Numbered from the stretch's first letter, positions 36,952 through 46,427 are shown. The stretch is 64,000 bases of DNA from a virus (IMGVR_UViG_2862281513_000001:32001-96000), one strand, 5' to 3'. Numbers and translations: made by a program. The notes: a model not told the origin generated them from the letters alone.

Positions 36952-37422
36952 TCAGCGGGCGTCGGTGATATCGGCGGGGTCGAGGCCGAGGAAGCTGGCG
37001 AGCTCGTCGACGGTCGCGAAGCTGCCGCCCAGGCGGTAGAGCAACTCGTCGTCGCCGACGACGAAATCGATCGAGGTGGCGTGCATGTCGATGGCGACAT
37101 CGCCACTGCGGATGGCCTTGCGCATCACCTTGGCCAGGACCAGGTCGCCGAGGGAGCCGCGGGGACTCGTGGGTGCCTCGATGTCCGGGGTGCGGTCGGG
37201 CAGGAACGACTGGCCGACTGCCGTGAGGTCAAGCGGCTGGCTCACCGGGCCACTGGCCTGGACCCAGCGCTCACGAACGAGGACGTCGAGGGTGGAGGAG
37301 GCTACGGGCCCGTCAGGGCTGTCGATCCGGTCGGAGCCGAGTCCAGCCTGAATGAGGCGGACTCGGCCGCCCGCGATGAGGGCCAGGGCCCTCATCTGGG
37401 CGGGGGTGGGTCGGGTGGCCAT
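36952..37422 (-). CDS. Winged-helix-like hypothetical protein
   Basis: RPTPAQ...L.LIA...VL.RERWV...LT..G shared with 38246-38938. Confidence 0.7.
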   Translation of the reverse strand: MATRPTPAQMRALALIAGGRVRLIQAGLGSDRIDSPDGPVASSTLDVLVRERWVQASGPVSQPLDLTAVGQSFLPDRTPDIEAPTSPRGSLGDLVLAKVMRKAIRSGDVAIDMHATSIDFVVGDDELLYRLGGSFATVDELASFLGLDPADITDAR

Positions 37423-37439
37423 GCTGTTCCTTCCGGGGG

Positions 37440-37730
37440 TCAGGCGGTGACGGTCTGGCGGGCGGCGTTGCGGGCGTCGGCCCACCTGCGGATGAGTTCG
37501 GACCCGGCCGCGCCGGCGGCCTGGCCGGGGGACTTGCCTTCGTCGAGCCCGGCGAGGAACCGGCGGCTGAGGAAGTCGGTGGCGCACTCGCGGGTGAACG
37601 TCTCGACCAGCTCGTCCAGGTCCAGGTGCGGGAACGACTCGTGGAGGGAGAGGGCGGCGAAGGCGGCGATCTTGCCGACGGCCTCGCCGAGGTCGTCGGC
37701 GGTGATGGCGGGCTGGGTCTGGGCGGTCAT
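37440..37730 (-). CDS. Hypothetical protein
   Basis: GAAAGG RBS, 96 aa. Confidence 0.75.
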   Translation of the reverse strand: MTAQTQPAITADDLGEAVGKIAAFAALSLHESFPHLDLDELVETFTRECATDFLSRRFLAGLDEGKSPGQAAGAAGSELIRRWADARNAARQTVTA

Positions 37731-37793
37731 GGTGGCCTTTCTGGGGGTGGAGGGGCCCGGCCCGGCGGGTGCCGGGCCGGAAAGCTAACGGGT

Positions 37794-38081
37794 TCAGGCC
37801 GTGCGGTGGGCGGTGACGCCGCTGATCCAGTAGCGGGCGGCCGTCCGGTTGATGCCGATCAGCCGGACCTGCGCGACCACCGGGGCGATCTCACCGGCGC
37901 GCAGGGCCCGGACCAGGGCAAACACTCCGTCGTGCACCAGCTGGGAGCCCGTGGCGGTGTCGGGGTTGCCGCTGTGGAAGAGGGCGCGGAGGGGCATGGC
38001 CTGCTCGGTGAGGAAGTCGGCCAGCTCGCCCGCGTCGAGGGCGGTGGGGGTGATGGGCTTGCGGGCGGTGGTGGTGGCCAT
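37794..38081 (-). CDS. Hypothetical protein
   Basis: GGGAGCCCGACATG leader after a repeat. Confidence 0.75.
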   Translation of the reverse strand: MATTTARKPITPTALDAGELADFLTEQAMPLRALFHSGNPDTATGSQLVHDGVFALVRALRAGEIAPVVAQVRLIGINRTAARYWISGVTAHRTA

Positions 38082-38125
38082 GTCGGGCTCCCTGGGGTTT
38101 GTAGTGGTTGGTGACACCTTCATCA

Positions 38126-38202
38126 TTGACCAAATACCTCGGGGGTACCCTCCCTAGCCTGATTAATTTGGTCAAGAAGTAGTCAGGGAAGCCGCTGGTC
38201 AG
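38126..38202 (-). repeat. Array repeat copy 12
   Basis: Core 38126-38175. Confidence 0.88.
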
Positions 38203-38245
38203 AGGCGGTGGCCCGGCCGGAGCCGGGCCCGTGGCCGTCGGTCGG

Positions 38246-38938
38246 TCAGGCGGGCAGGTGCGCCCGGCCGGCCTCGGTCAGCTCGATCGGCTGGCCCTGG
38301 AACAGGGACTTCGAGCTGTCCAGCGTGACCCAGCGCTCCCGGAGCAGCACCTCGAAGGTGTCGGCATAGATGGTGCCGTTTTCACTGCCGATGCGCTCCC
38401 GGTTGCGCAGGCCGAACTGCGTGCGCTTCACGCCACCCTGGGCGATCAGCTCCAGGCCCTTGCGCTGGGCCGGGGTGGGGCGGCGGGCCGGAACCGGCTT
38501 GGCGGGCTCGGACTTGGACTCGGGCTCGGGCGTCGGCTCGGGCGCCGGCTCGTTGGCGGCCCGCTCGGCGGCCTCCAGGGCGCTGACGATGCAGTCGGTG
38601 TCCTGGAGGAACCGGCGGATACCGTCCCACTTGAGCCGGTCCTGCTCGTTGGAGATCGTGCAGCTGGAGCTGCTGGAGGTGGTGCCGACGAGCTGCTTCG
38701 TCAGCCTCTTGCGGAGCTTGAGGAACACCTCGATCGGGTCGTCGTCGCCCTGCTCTTCCAGCAGGAGCCGCCAGGGCATGGCGTCCGCCGTCTTCTCCAT
38801 CGCCTTGCGCATGCTGTAGGGGGTGAGGCTCCGGGTCATGTCGCGCGACTCGGTGGCCAGCGCCTCGCGGGCCTTGCCCTCGTCCTCGATCCGGGTGCCG
38901 CCGAGGTTGGTGAGGATTTCGATGATCCGGTCCTTCAT
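38246..38938 (-). CDS. Hypothetical protein with C-terminal wHTH-like domain
   Basis: GGAGG RBS; domain paralogous to 36952-37422. Confidence 0.75.
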   Translation of the reverse strand: MKDRIIEILTNLGGTRIEDEGKAREALATESRDMTRSLTPYSMRKAMEKTADAMPWRLLLEEQGDDDPIEVFLKLRKRLTKQLVGTTSSSSSCTISNEQDRLKWDGIRRFLQDTDCIVSALEAAERAANEPAPEPTPEPESKSEPAKPVPARRPTPAQRKGLELIAQGGVKRTQFGLRNRERIGSENGTIYADTFEVLLRERWVTLDSSKSLFQGQPIELTEAGRAHLPA

Positions 38939-38983
38939 GGTGCCCTCCGTGGTGGTTGGTGGTGATTGGTGACACCTTCATCA

Positions 38984-39060
38984 TTGACCAAGGGCTTCGG
39001 GAGTACCCTCTCTAGACCGATTAATTTGGTCAAGGAATCGTCAGGGAAACCGCAGGTCAG
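38984..39060 (-). repeat. Array repeat copy 13 (contains upstream stop at 39057)
   Basis: Core 38984-39033. Confidence 0.9.
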
Positions 39061-41822
39061 GCGACTGCGAACAGGTCGAGCTGCTCGGGCGTCTGGCCGT
39101 CGGCCTCCAGCGGGGACAGCTCGGGCATCGGCTTCTGCTTGAGGTCCGGCAGGACCGGCTTCGGCTGGGGATTGACCGCGTCCTCGCGCAGCTCGGCGAC
39201 CACCGCGGCGTCCAGGCCGTGCGTCTCGATCTCCTCCTCGGTCGGCACCCAGCCGGCCGGCCGCCGCTGGAGCCGGAACACGATGCCCTGCACCTTCGCC
39301 CAGGCCGCCCAGAGCCGGTCTTCCCGGTCCTCCCATTCCATCAGCCGCTTGTGGGCCTCCCGGAACTCCGCGCTGGCCGCCTTCCGTGCGGCCTCGTCCT
39401 GCGCGGCCTGCTCGGCGAGCCTGCGGGCCTGGACGCCGTGGAGGAGGGGGCGCAGCCGCTCGCATTCCTGCTCGCGGTTCTTCTCCACCGGGGTCGGCTT
39501 CCAGCGCTTCCACACCGCCACCGCCCGGCGTCCGTCGACGGTGACCAGGACGGGCCGCTCACGGTTGGCGTCGGCCGCGCCGACGGTGACGAATCCGGCC
39601 TTCTGCAGGGCGCTCAGCCGGTGGACCGACATCAGGCGCCCGGCGGTGCCGGGGGTGTCCCGGCAGTACAGCGAGCCGAACTGGTGGAGGTAGAGGCGTC
39701 CGGCCGCCGCGGCGATGACGAACTCGGCCTGCCCGGTCGACCATCCGAGTGCGGCGGCCTGCTCGCGCTGGAGGCGCAGCTCCTTCGGGTCCTCGGCGGG
39801 CGGGGCGGTCTCGTCGACCGGCTGCTCGGGCTCGGCCGTCGCGGGCTCGTCGGCGGGTTCCTCGTGGGCCGGCTCAGGCTCGTCGACCGGCTGCTCGGGC
39901 TCCGCCTCCGGCGTCTCCTCTGCGGGCGGCTCGGCGGCCGCCGGGGGCTCCTCGGCCGGGGGCTCGATCAGCGTGGCCTGGTCGGGCCCGGCCGCCTCGG
40001 GCTCTGCCGCGGGGGGTTCGGTGGGCTCGATGCCGTGGACGATGCCGCGGCCCGGGGAGCCGCTCCACCGGCCCTCGCGGTACTGGAAGCCGTCGGCCGC
40101 CAGGCGCCGGGTGACTGCCTCCAGCAGCGACCGGGACCACACCGACTCGGTGAACTTCGTGCCCTCGGGCGCCGTGATGGTGACCGGCTCGTGCAGCTTG
40201 TGCGGCTGGCCCTTGCCGTCGAGGTACGTCAGCGTCGCCTCGGTGGCGTCCCACCCGCAGTCGACCTTGACCTTCTTCGGGACCTTCGGATCGCTGCGCT
40301 TCTTCGTCTTCGGCTTTGCGGCGAGCGCGGCGCGGACCTCGCTCGCCGGCTGCGCCAGGTGGGCCTTCCATGCCGACTTCGTGCCGGGCACCGTGCCGTC
40401 GGCGAGGAAGGCGAGCATCGCCGCCTCGGGGCAGCGGGCCCGGATCTTCGTGTAGTCCATGCCGAAGGTCCAGGTGCTGCCGCCCTCGGTGGCGTCCTCC
40501 AGCGTCATGACCCGCTTGGTGAGCCGCAGGTTCCAGGCGATCGACAGCGTCTTGGGGTTGGCCCGCTTGATCTGGTACCAGGTGCCGCTGTAGAGCGCGA
40601 AGTCGCCGGGGGCGAAGTCGTCGGGCTCCCACAGCTTCACGCCATCCTGGCGGGCCTCCTCGACCACTTCCTCCCACCCCGCGATTTCCTCGCGGAGGTC
40701 CTCGATCCGGCGCTCGGCCCGGTCTGCGGTCCGGCCCGCGGCCAGCTGCTCGTCGCGGTAGCGCTCCAGCTTGCGCAGCTCCGTGTTCAGCTTCTCCAGC
40801 CGCCGACGGGTGCGGTTGGGGTCGTAGCGGCGGGCCTTGTACTGCGCGGCGGTCTCCGCGCGGTCGCTGTGGTGCTGGGCCCTTTCCTGCTCCGCGATCG
40901 AGGCCCGCATGTTGTTGTCGCTGCGCTCGATGGCGCGGCGGTGGCGGCGCTCGCTGTGGTGGCCGACGAGGATCGGCTGGCCGGGCTCGATGCCGTCCAG
41001 CGCTCCGAGGGCCGCCTTGTGGCGGGCGTTGGAGCGGGCGGCCGCGCTGCTGGCGTAGTCGCTGTGCCGCTCGGCCCGGTTCTCGGCCCGTTCCAGCCGC
41101 TCGGCCTCGGCCTCTTTGAAGCTGCGCCGCTTGCTCTCGTCGATCTCGACGGTCACCTCCCACCCGGCCTCGCGCAGAGCCGCGACCGCACGCCGGATGC
41201 GCCAGTGGTCGGCCTCTCGGTCGCGGGAGTTGCGGATGTAGAGCGCGCCGAGGTTGCGGGAGGAGCGGAAGCCGATCGGGCGGACGATCTCGTACACGCC
41301 GTCGTGCTTCCTGGAGCCCTCCAGGAGCGTGCCGTCCGCGCGGGTGTGGGTGATGGTGAGCGAGCCCTTGGAGGGCCGGGGCTCCTCGGCCGGGGGCTCC
41401 TCGGCCTCTTCCGGCTGAGCCGGTTCCTCGAGGGCCGCCGTCTCGCTGGCCGGCTCCGGCTCGGGCTCCGGCTCGGGCGCGGGCTCGGCGGCGGGCGGGG
41501 CAGGCGGTTCCTCGCGGATCTTCTCGACGGCCCCGTTGCTGATCGTGCAGTGCGGGCGGCCCTTGTCGCTGTAGCGGACGCACACGGTGAAGGACCAGCC
41601 GCCGTCTTCCTCGGTCCAGCGCTCGATGTCGTCGGCGTGGGCTGCGGCCGTCTCGTCCGCGTGCGCGGTGAGGAGGAGCGCGTACGTGCGGACGCGCTCA
41701 CCGGCCTTGTTGTAGTCGCCGTCCACGCGGAAGTCCTTGCCCTGGCCCTGGGTGAGGCCGAGGCGCCGCAGGGCGCGGGCGAGGGCGATGCTGGGGCTCT
41801 TGGCGGGTGGGGTGGTGGCCAT
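39057..41822 (-). CDS. Large multidomain DUF3560-like protein
   Basis: GQPILVGHHSERRHRR; Pro/Glu linkers; ends EQLDLFAVA. Confidence 0.88.
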   Translation of the reverse strand: MATTPPAKSPSIALARALRRLGLTQGQGKDFRVDGDYNKAGERVRTYALLLTAHADETAAAHADDIERWTEEDGGWSFTVCVRYSDKGRPHCTISNGAVEKIREEPPAPPAAEPAPEPEPEPEPASETAALEEPAQPEEAEEPPAEEPRPSKGSLTITHTRADGTLLEGSRKHDGVYEIVRPIGFRSSRNLGALYIRNSRDREADHWRIRRAVAALREAGWEVTVEIDESKRRSFKEAEAERLERAENRAERHSDYASSAAARSNARHKAALGALDGIEPGQPILVGHHSERRHRRAIERSDNNMRASIAEQERAQHHSDRAETAAQYKARRYDPNRTRRRLEKLNTELRKLERYRDEQLAAGRTADRAERRIEDLREEIAGWEEVVEEARQDGVKLWEPDDFAPGDFALYSGTWYQIKRANPKTLSIAWNLRLTKRVMTLEDATEGGSTWTFGMDYTKIRARCPEAAMLAFLADGTVPGTKSAWKAHLAQPASEVRAALAAKPKTKKRSDPKVPKKVKVDCGWDATEATLTYLDGKGQPHKLHEPVTITAPEGTKFTESVWSRSLLEAVTRRLAADGFQYREGRWSGSPGRGIVHGIEPTEPPAAEPEAAGPDQATLIEPPAEEPPAAAEPPAEETPEAEPEQPVDEPEPAHEEPADEPATAEPEQPVDETAPPAEDPKELRLQREQAAALGWSTGQAEFVIAAAAGRLYLHQFGSLYCRDTPGTAGRLMSVHRLSALQKAGFVTVGAADANRERPVLVTVDGRRAVAVWKRWKPTPVEKNREQECERLRPLLHGVQARRLAEQAAQDEAARKAASAEFREAHKRLMEWEDREDRLWAAWAKVQGIVFRLQRRPAGWVPTEEEIETHGLDAAVVAELREDAVNPQPKPVLPDLKQKPMPELSPLEADGQTPEQLDLFAVA

Positions 41823-41878
41823 GCTTCCTCCTGGGGAGATGCGGGCGGCCCGGCCCCCGAGGGGGCCGGGCCGGGTGG

Positions 41879-42145
41879 TCAGTGGACGCGGGTGGCGGCC
41901 ATCGCGGCCTCGACGATCGGGAGGGTCTCGGTGAGGGTGGCCGCGATGTAGAGGCACTCGTGGTTGCCCCAGGCCGCGCGGCCGGCGATGTAGGCCGCGC
42001 CGCTGCCCTGCGGGAGCTGGACGGTGTAGGTGTAGCCCGCGTGCTCGATCTCGGTCCGCAGGCCCAGGGTGGTGCGCTGCCAGCGGGTGGCCTCCGCCGC
42101 CGAGGCGAAGAGGGCGGTGAGGGTGGTGGCGGGGATGGTGGCCAT
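41879..42145 (-). CDS. Hypothetical protein
   Basis: GGGAGCCCGACATG leader after a repeat. Confidence 0.75.
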   Translation of the reverse strand: MATIPATTLTALFASAAEATRWQRTTLGLRTEIEHAGYTYTVQLPQGSGAAYIAGRAAWGNHECLYIAATLTETLPIVEAAMAATRVH

Positions 42146-42186
42146 GTCGGGCTCCCTGGGGTTGGTGGTTGGTGACACCTTCATCA

Positions 42187-42261
42187 TTGCTCCCACCCTC
42201 CGGGATAACCTCGTTATCCCGGATTGTTTGGTCAAGAGATCGGCAAGTATGCCCAGGTCAG
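42187..42261 (-). repeat. Array repeat copy 14 (contains upstream stop at 42258)
   Basis: TCCGGGATAAC-CTC-GTTATCCCGGA. Confidence 0.92.
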
Positions 42262-42701
42262 ACGTAGTGCCGGGGGTCGCGGCCGTCACGGATGGCCGCC
42301 AGCCGTTGGAGCTGGCGGCCAATCCCCATGCCTACACCGATCAGCGGGGTCAGCGCGTGCGGCCAGACCTCCCGGCAGTGGCCGACGTAGAACCGCCCGG
42401 CGAGCACGATGACGTCCTCCGCCTGGTCGACGCCCAGCTCTCCGGCCTGCTCGCGCAGCCTGTCGACGGTCACGCCGTCCGGGTCGCCGGGGCGCGTGTC
42501 GTACGGCTGGAGGACTTGCGTGGTGCGGACGAAGCCGTGCAGGTCGCTGAGGATGAGGAGCGTGCCGCCGTCGACGATGAGCCGATCGGCCGCCGCCCGG
42601 CACGCGCGGTGATAGCTGCCGACGTACAGCTCGCCGGCCGGTGCCGGGTGGTCCAGCTTGCGGGCCGCGCAGGGGATGACGACGAGGCGGGTTGCGGTCA
42701 T
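42258..42701 (-). CDS. DUF6884-like protein
   Basis: VIPCAARK....PA.ELY.G..H...ILS..HG......PYD. Confidence 0.8.
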   Translation of the reverse strand: MTATRLVVIPCAARKLDHPAPAGELYVGSYHRACRAAADRLIVDGGTLLILSDLHGFVRTTQVLQPYDTRPGDPDGVTVDRLREQAGELGVDQAEDVIVLAGRFYVGHCREVWPHALTPLIGVGMGIGRQLQRLAAIRDGRDPRHYV

Positions 42702-42717
42702 GCCGGGGTCGTTCCTT

Positions 42718-43245
42718 TCAGTCGCGGCCGTCGAGGGCGGCCAGCTTGCGGACCAGGCCCCAGCCGTCGCGCCAGAACGAGCGCCGGGTGTTGTCGTACG
42801 CCTCGCGCCACTCGGGCGGCACCTGGCCGTCGTCCCTGACGTACGTGCCGGTGAGCAGGTCGTACCGGCCCAGCAGCTCGGTCGCCTCGTCGGCGACGTC
42901 GTCGAGGCCGCGCCGCCGTGCGTGCTCGGGGCGCAGGTCGATGTGACCGAGCTTGTGGTCGCCCTGGGGCATGCCCTCGTACGACTCGTCGGCGACCACC
43001 ATGCAGTCGGGCGTCTCCTCGGCCGCCATGTGCCAGGCGAGCGCTGCCGCCCAGGCTTTCTCCGTCGAGCAGGCGTCGAGGACGTAGCGGGTGGGGCCGC
43101 CGCTGGGGCCGGTGCGGCCGTGCCGCTCGGGGCCGATGACGGCCACGGTGAACGGCCGCTCGTTCTGCCGGTAGTCGTCGGGCAGGTTGCCGTAGAGGGG
43201 CTCGCCGCCGTAGCGCTCAGGCGTCTCCAGGTACTTGCCGGGCAT
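42718..43245 (-). CDS. Hypothetical protein
   Basis: GGAAGG RBS, 175 aa. Confidence 0.75.
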   Translation of the reverse strand: MPGKYLETPERYGGEPLYGNLPDDYRQNERPFTVAVIGPERHGRTGPSGGPTRYVLDACSTEKAWAAALAWHMAAEETPDCMVVADESYEGMPQGDHKLGHIDLRPEHARRRGLDDVADEATELLGRYDLLTGTYVRDDGQVPPEWREAYDNTRRSFWRDGWGLVRKLAALDGRD

Positions 43246-43278
43246 GCTGTGCCTTCCGTCGTGGGGTGGAGGAGGGGT

Positions 43279-43410
43279 GTCCGGACGGCGTCCGGATGCC
43301 GTCCGGATGCCGCGTCCGGACGGTGTCCGGACGCGGTGGGTGCTACCAGACGAGGACCGCCCCACCTGCGCGGACGACGTCCGGACGCTCGATCGGGACG
43401 TCGTCCGGAT
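43279..43410. repeat. GTCCGGA repeat cluster, ~11-bp period
   Basis: Copies at 43279, 43290, 43301, 43314, 43325 (intergenic), 43379, 43403. Confidence 0.8.
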
Positions 43411-43873
43411 TGGTGGCCGCGTGGACGACGATCGGGTTGCGGTGCCAGCTGTCGTCCACCCACAGGTGCACCCAGGGCCGCCCGGAGTACGACCGCCCGT
43501 TCAGCTGCGGGCGAGGCCTGCCGAGGTAGACCCTGCGGGCGCTCCACGCTCCGTGGACCCAGATCCGGCCGGCCGCGTTGGCGTGGCGGATGCCGACCAG
43601 CTCGGCGAGGTCGAGCCCTTCGAGGGAGAGGTCTCGCAGCTCGGCCGCGAGCGTGCGGAGCGTCCAGGTCGACGTCCAGCCGAGCCGCTCGGCGCTGGCC
43701 TCGCGCAGGGTGCGCAGCTCCAGCGGGCTGAGCGGCTCGTCCTGGTGGCGCCGGTGGATCGCCTCGTCCAGCGCGCGCAGGAGGTGCCACGGGGCGGCCT
43801 GGTCGTCGCTGGCGGGGAGGTAGGTGGCGGCGGTGGCGTAGACGCCCCGGATGGTGGCCTCGGTGACCTTCAT
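43343..43873 (-). CDS. Hypothetical protein
   Basis: GAAAGG RBS, 176 aa. Confidence 0.7.
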   Translation of the reverse strand: MKVTEATIRGVYATAATYLPASDDQAAPWHLLRALDEAIHRRHQDEPLSPLELRTLREASAERLGWTSTWTLRTLAAELRDLSLEGLDLAELVGIRHANAAGRIWVHGAWSARRVYLGRPRPQLNGRSYSGRPWVHLWVDDSWHRNPIVVHAATNPDDVPIERPDVVRAGGAVLVW

Positions 43874-43958
43874 GGCTGCCTTTCTGGATGAGGTGGGGCG
43901 TCCGGACGGTGGCCGCTGAGCTGGGCGGATACCGTCCGGACGCCGTCCGGACGGTGGG

Positions 43959-44594
43959 TCAGGAGAAGTTGGTCTGGTCGGCGTGCTCGCCGCCGCGCTT
44001 CCAGATGAGGGCGCGGACGTGGTTCGCGGGGACCTCGTAGAAGAGGCGGCCGGTGAGCGGGTCGCCGTTGAGGCGGGTCAGCTGGAGGCTCGTCTCCTCC
44101 AGCTCCCAGGCGTCGCTCGCGGGCGGCTCGATGCCCTCGGGCAGGTAGACGTCCACCTCGCCGTCGCCGGCTTCGGCCTTGATGGCGATGACCTCGCCGT
44201 CGGCCAGGCGGATGCGGAGCATCGGGCGGGGGCCGGTGCCGGTGCCTTCGAGTACGGCCTGGTCGAAGCGGTCGGTGGTGGGGTCGCTCTGGTCGGCGTG
44301 CTCGCCGCCGTGCTCCTCGATGAGCTTGCGGACGTCGGCCACCTGGACCTCGTAGAAGTAGCGGCCGTTGACCGGGTCGTCACCGGCGGTCAGCCATGCC
44401 TCCCACGCGTCTTCCAGCTCCCAGCTGTCGCCGTCGGGGGTCTGGATCTCGTCGGGCAGGTAGACGTCCACGGTGGCCGCGCAGGAGGCCGCCTTGATGC
44501 TGATGAGCTGGCCGTCGGCCAGGCGCAGGTTGTAGTGGACGCCGCCGGTGCCGTCGGCGAGGAACTGCTCGAAGTGGGAGGTGGTGGTGGCCAT
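43959..44594 (-). CDS. Acidic protein made of two tandem ~100-aa domains
   Basis: RLADG..I.IKA......VDVYLP...WELE...GR.FYEV...GGEHADQ occurs twice. Confidence 0.8.
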   Translation of the reverse strand: MATTTSHFEQFLADGTGGVHYNLRLADGQLISIKAASCAATVDVYLPDEIQTPDGDSWELEDAWEAWLTAGDDPVNGRYFYEVQVADVRKLIEEHGGEHADQSDPTTDRFDQAVLEGTGTGPRPMLRIRLADGEVIAIKAEAGDGEVDVYLPEGIEPPASDAWELEETSLQLTRLNGDPLTGRLFYEVPANHVRALIWKRGGEHADQTNFS

Positions 44595-44638
44595 GGCTGG
44601 CTCCGTTCGGTGAGTGGTGGGTGGTGACACCTTCATCA

Positions 44639-44714
44639 TTGACCCCACCACCCGGGATAACCGCGTTATCCCGGGAAGTTTGGTCAAGGATTCGGCAAGG
44701 AAACCGCTGGTCAG
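44639..44714 (-). repeat. Array repeat copy 15, best consensus (contains upstream stop at 44711)
   Basis: TTGACC-CCACCA-CCCGGGATAAC-CGC-GTTATCCCGGG-AAGTTT-GGTCAA. Confidence 0.95.
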
Positions 44715-45325
44715 ACGGTGGCGACCGCGGCGGTGAAAGCGGCGTCGAGGGACTGGACGAAGTCGGCGCCGACGGCCGCGAGGTGGGCGGCCTGGCGGGC
44801 TTCGGCCGCCTCGGCGTCCCTGGCGTGGACGGCCAGCCCGCACGAGCACCAGGTGGTGGTGCGGTCGCTGGAGTCCATCCGCTCGTGGGCGGCGGCCACC
44901 AGACTGAGGCGGGCGGCCAGGGTGAGGCGCAGGTGCTCGTTGTCGGTGTTGAGGAGGAACCCCTGGGCGAGGAGCCGCTCCGCCCGGCTCGGCGGGATCT
45001 GGCAGACGCCGGCCTCGATGACGGGCAGGGTGTACCGCTCGGAGTCGACGAGGCGGACGACGGGGACGGAGGCGATGACCCGCAGGTCGGACAGCTCGTA
45101 GTCGGTGGGGTCGGCGGGGACTTGCGGGGTGAGGGTGATGGAGCGCAGGGCCGGGGTCAGCGTGCCGGGGTCGATCCGGCGCCAGCGGATGATGGCGCCG
45201 CCGGTGCGCTGGGGCTCGATGGCGTAGCCGCGGTTGCAGGCCCGGCGCAGGAGGACCAGGGCGTGGGGCTCGCTGGCGGTGCCGGTGGTGGTGCTGCTGC
45301 CACTGTCGACGGTCTCGGTGAACAC
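44711..45325 (-). CDS. Hypothetical protein with C-terminal CSCG..H motif
   Basis: GGAGG RBS with GTG. Confidence 0.7.
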   Translation of the reverse strand: MFTETVDSGSSTTTGTASEPHALVLLRRACNRGYAIEPQRTGGAIIRWRRIDPGTLTPALRSITLTPQVPADPTDYELSDLRVIASVPVVRLVDSERYTLPVIEAGVCQIPPSRAERLLAQGFLLNTDNEHLRLTLAARLSLVAAAHERMDSSDRTTTWCSCGLAVHARDAEAAEARQAAHLAAVGADFVQSLDAAFTAAVATV

Positions 45326-45404
45326 GATGGCCTCCTGGGTGGGGGGTGGGGCCCGGCCGGGGCTGTGGCCGGGCCCTGGGTGGTGGTGTGTCGTGCATTC
45401 ATCC

Positions 45405-45480
45405 TTGACCAAGCCTGGCCGGTTAACCTCGATGTACCGGCCGGTTTGGTCAAGGGATCGACAAGGAAACCGCTGGTCAG
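45405..45480 (-). repeat. Array repeat copy 16 (contains upstream stop at 45477)
   Basis: Core 45405-45453 with GGCCGGT/ACCGGCC arms. Confidence 0.9.
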
Positions 45481-46406
45481 GCGCGGGGGTGGCGGTGGGC
45501 GTTGGCGTCCAGCCAGACCGTCAGCCGCAGTGCGGCCTCGGCGCACTCGCCGGCCAGGTCCAGCCCTGACGGGGCCTCGAACAGGACGTCCACGTGCTCG
45601 CCGTTGGCGCTGTACAGGGCGGCCACCCATGGCTCCTCGTGGTCGGCCGGGTCGAGGTAGGCGCTCTCGCCGGAGTACAGGTAGACCTTCGAGCCGGTGT
45701 GGGCCTCGTCCTCGTCGGCGCTGCGGTCGACCGCGACCAGGACGTAGCTGATTCCGCCGTCGTCGAGGTAGAGGAAGGCCGGGACGCCGAACTCCGCCAG
45801 CGCTGCGACCAGCTTGTCCCCGTCGTGCGGCCCTGCGGCGGCCGCGGCCTTCTTGGCGTAGCCGCGCTGGGCGGCCAGGTGGAACGGCGGCTTGCCCTGG
45901 TTGTACGGGCGGGCGTTGTCGTCGGCCACGACCTTGGCGAGCTGGTCGCGCTTGTAGTGGATCGCCGCCAGGGAGCGCAGTGCCCAGGCCACGGTCTCGT
46001 CGTCGTCGGATTCGAGCTGGCGGCCGTGGAGGACGGTGTTGCGGCGCTTCTGGAGCTCGAAGTCGTCGCGGGCGAGCTTCTCGCTCACCGCGCCGAGGGC
46101 CCTCATCGGGCCGACCTCGCCGAGGGCGGGGGCGACCGCGTAGTCCAGGACGGCCGGGGAGAGGTGGAAGTCGTGCGCCGTCATCAGGTCGCGGGCTTCC
46201 TGCAGACTGTCGAGCGTCTCGGCGGGCAGCCGGCGGCCGTCCTCGATCGGGTAGGCCGGGGCGGTCAGGGCCGCGAAGCGGATGCTGGCGGCCAGGCGGC
46301 CGATGTACCAGCGGTCGGAGTGGTGGGCGCGGTCCTCGACGATCCCGGCGAGGATGCGCAGCCTGCGGGCGACGGCCTCGGTGGCGGTGGTGGCGATGGT
46401 ACTCAT
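45477..46406 (-). CDS. Hypothetical protein
   Basis: 309 aa, GAAGGG RBS. Confidence 0.8.
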   Translation of the reverse strand: MSTIATTATEAVARRLRILAGIVEDRAHHSDRWYIGRLAASIRFAALTAPAYPIEDGRRLPAETLDSLQEARDLMTAHDFHLSPAVLDYAVAPALGEVGPMRALGAVSEKLARDDFELQKRRNTVLHGRQLESDDDETVAWALRSLAAIHYKRDQLAKVVADDNARPYNQGKPPFHLAAQRGYAKKAAAAAGPHDGDKLVAALAEFGVPAFLYLDDGGISYVLVAVDRSADEDEAHTGSKVYLYSGESAYLDPADHEEPWVAALYSANGEHVDVLFEAPSGLDLAGECAEAALRLTVWLDANAHRHPRA

Positions 46407-46427
46407 GGCGTTCCCTTCGGAGTGTGG

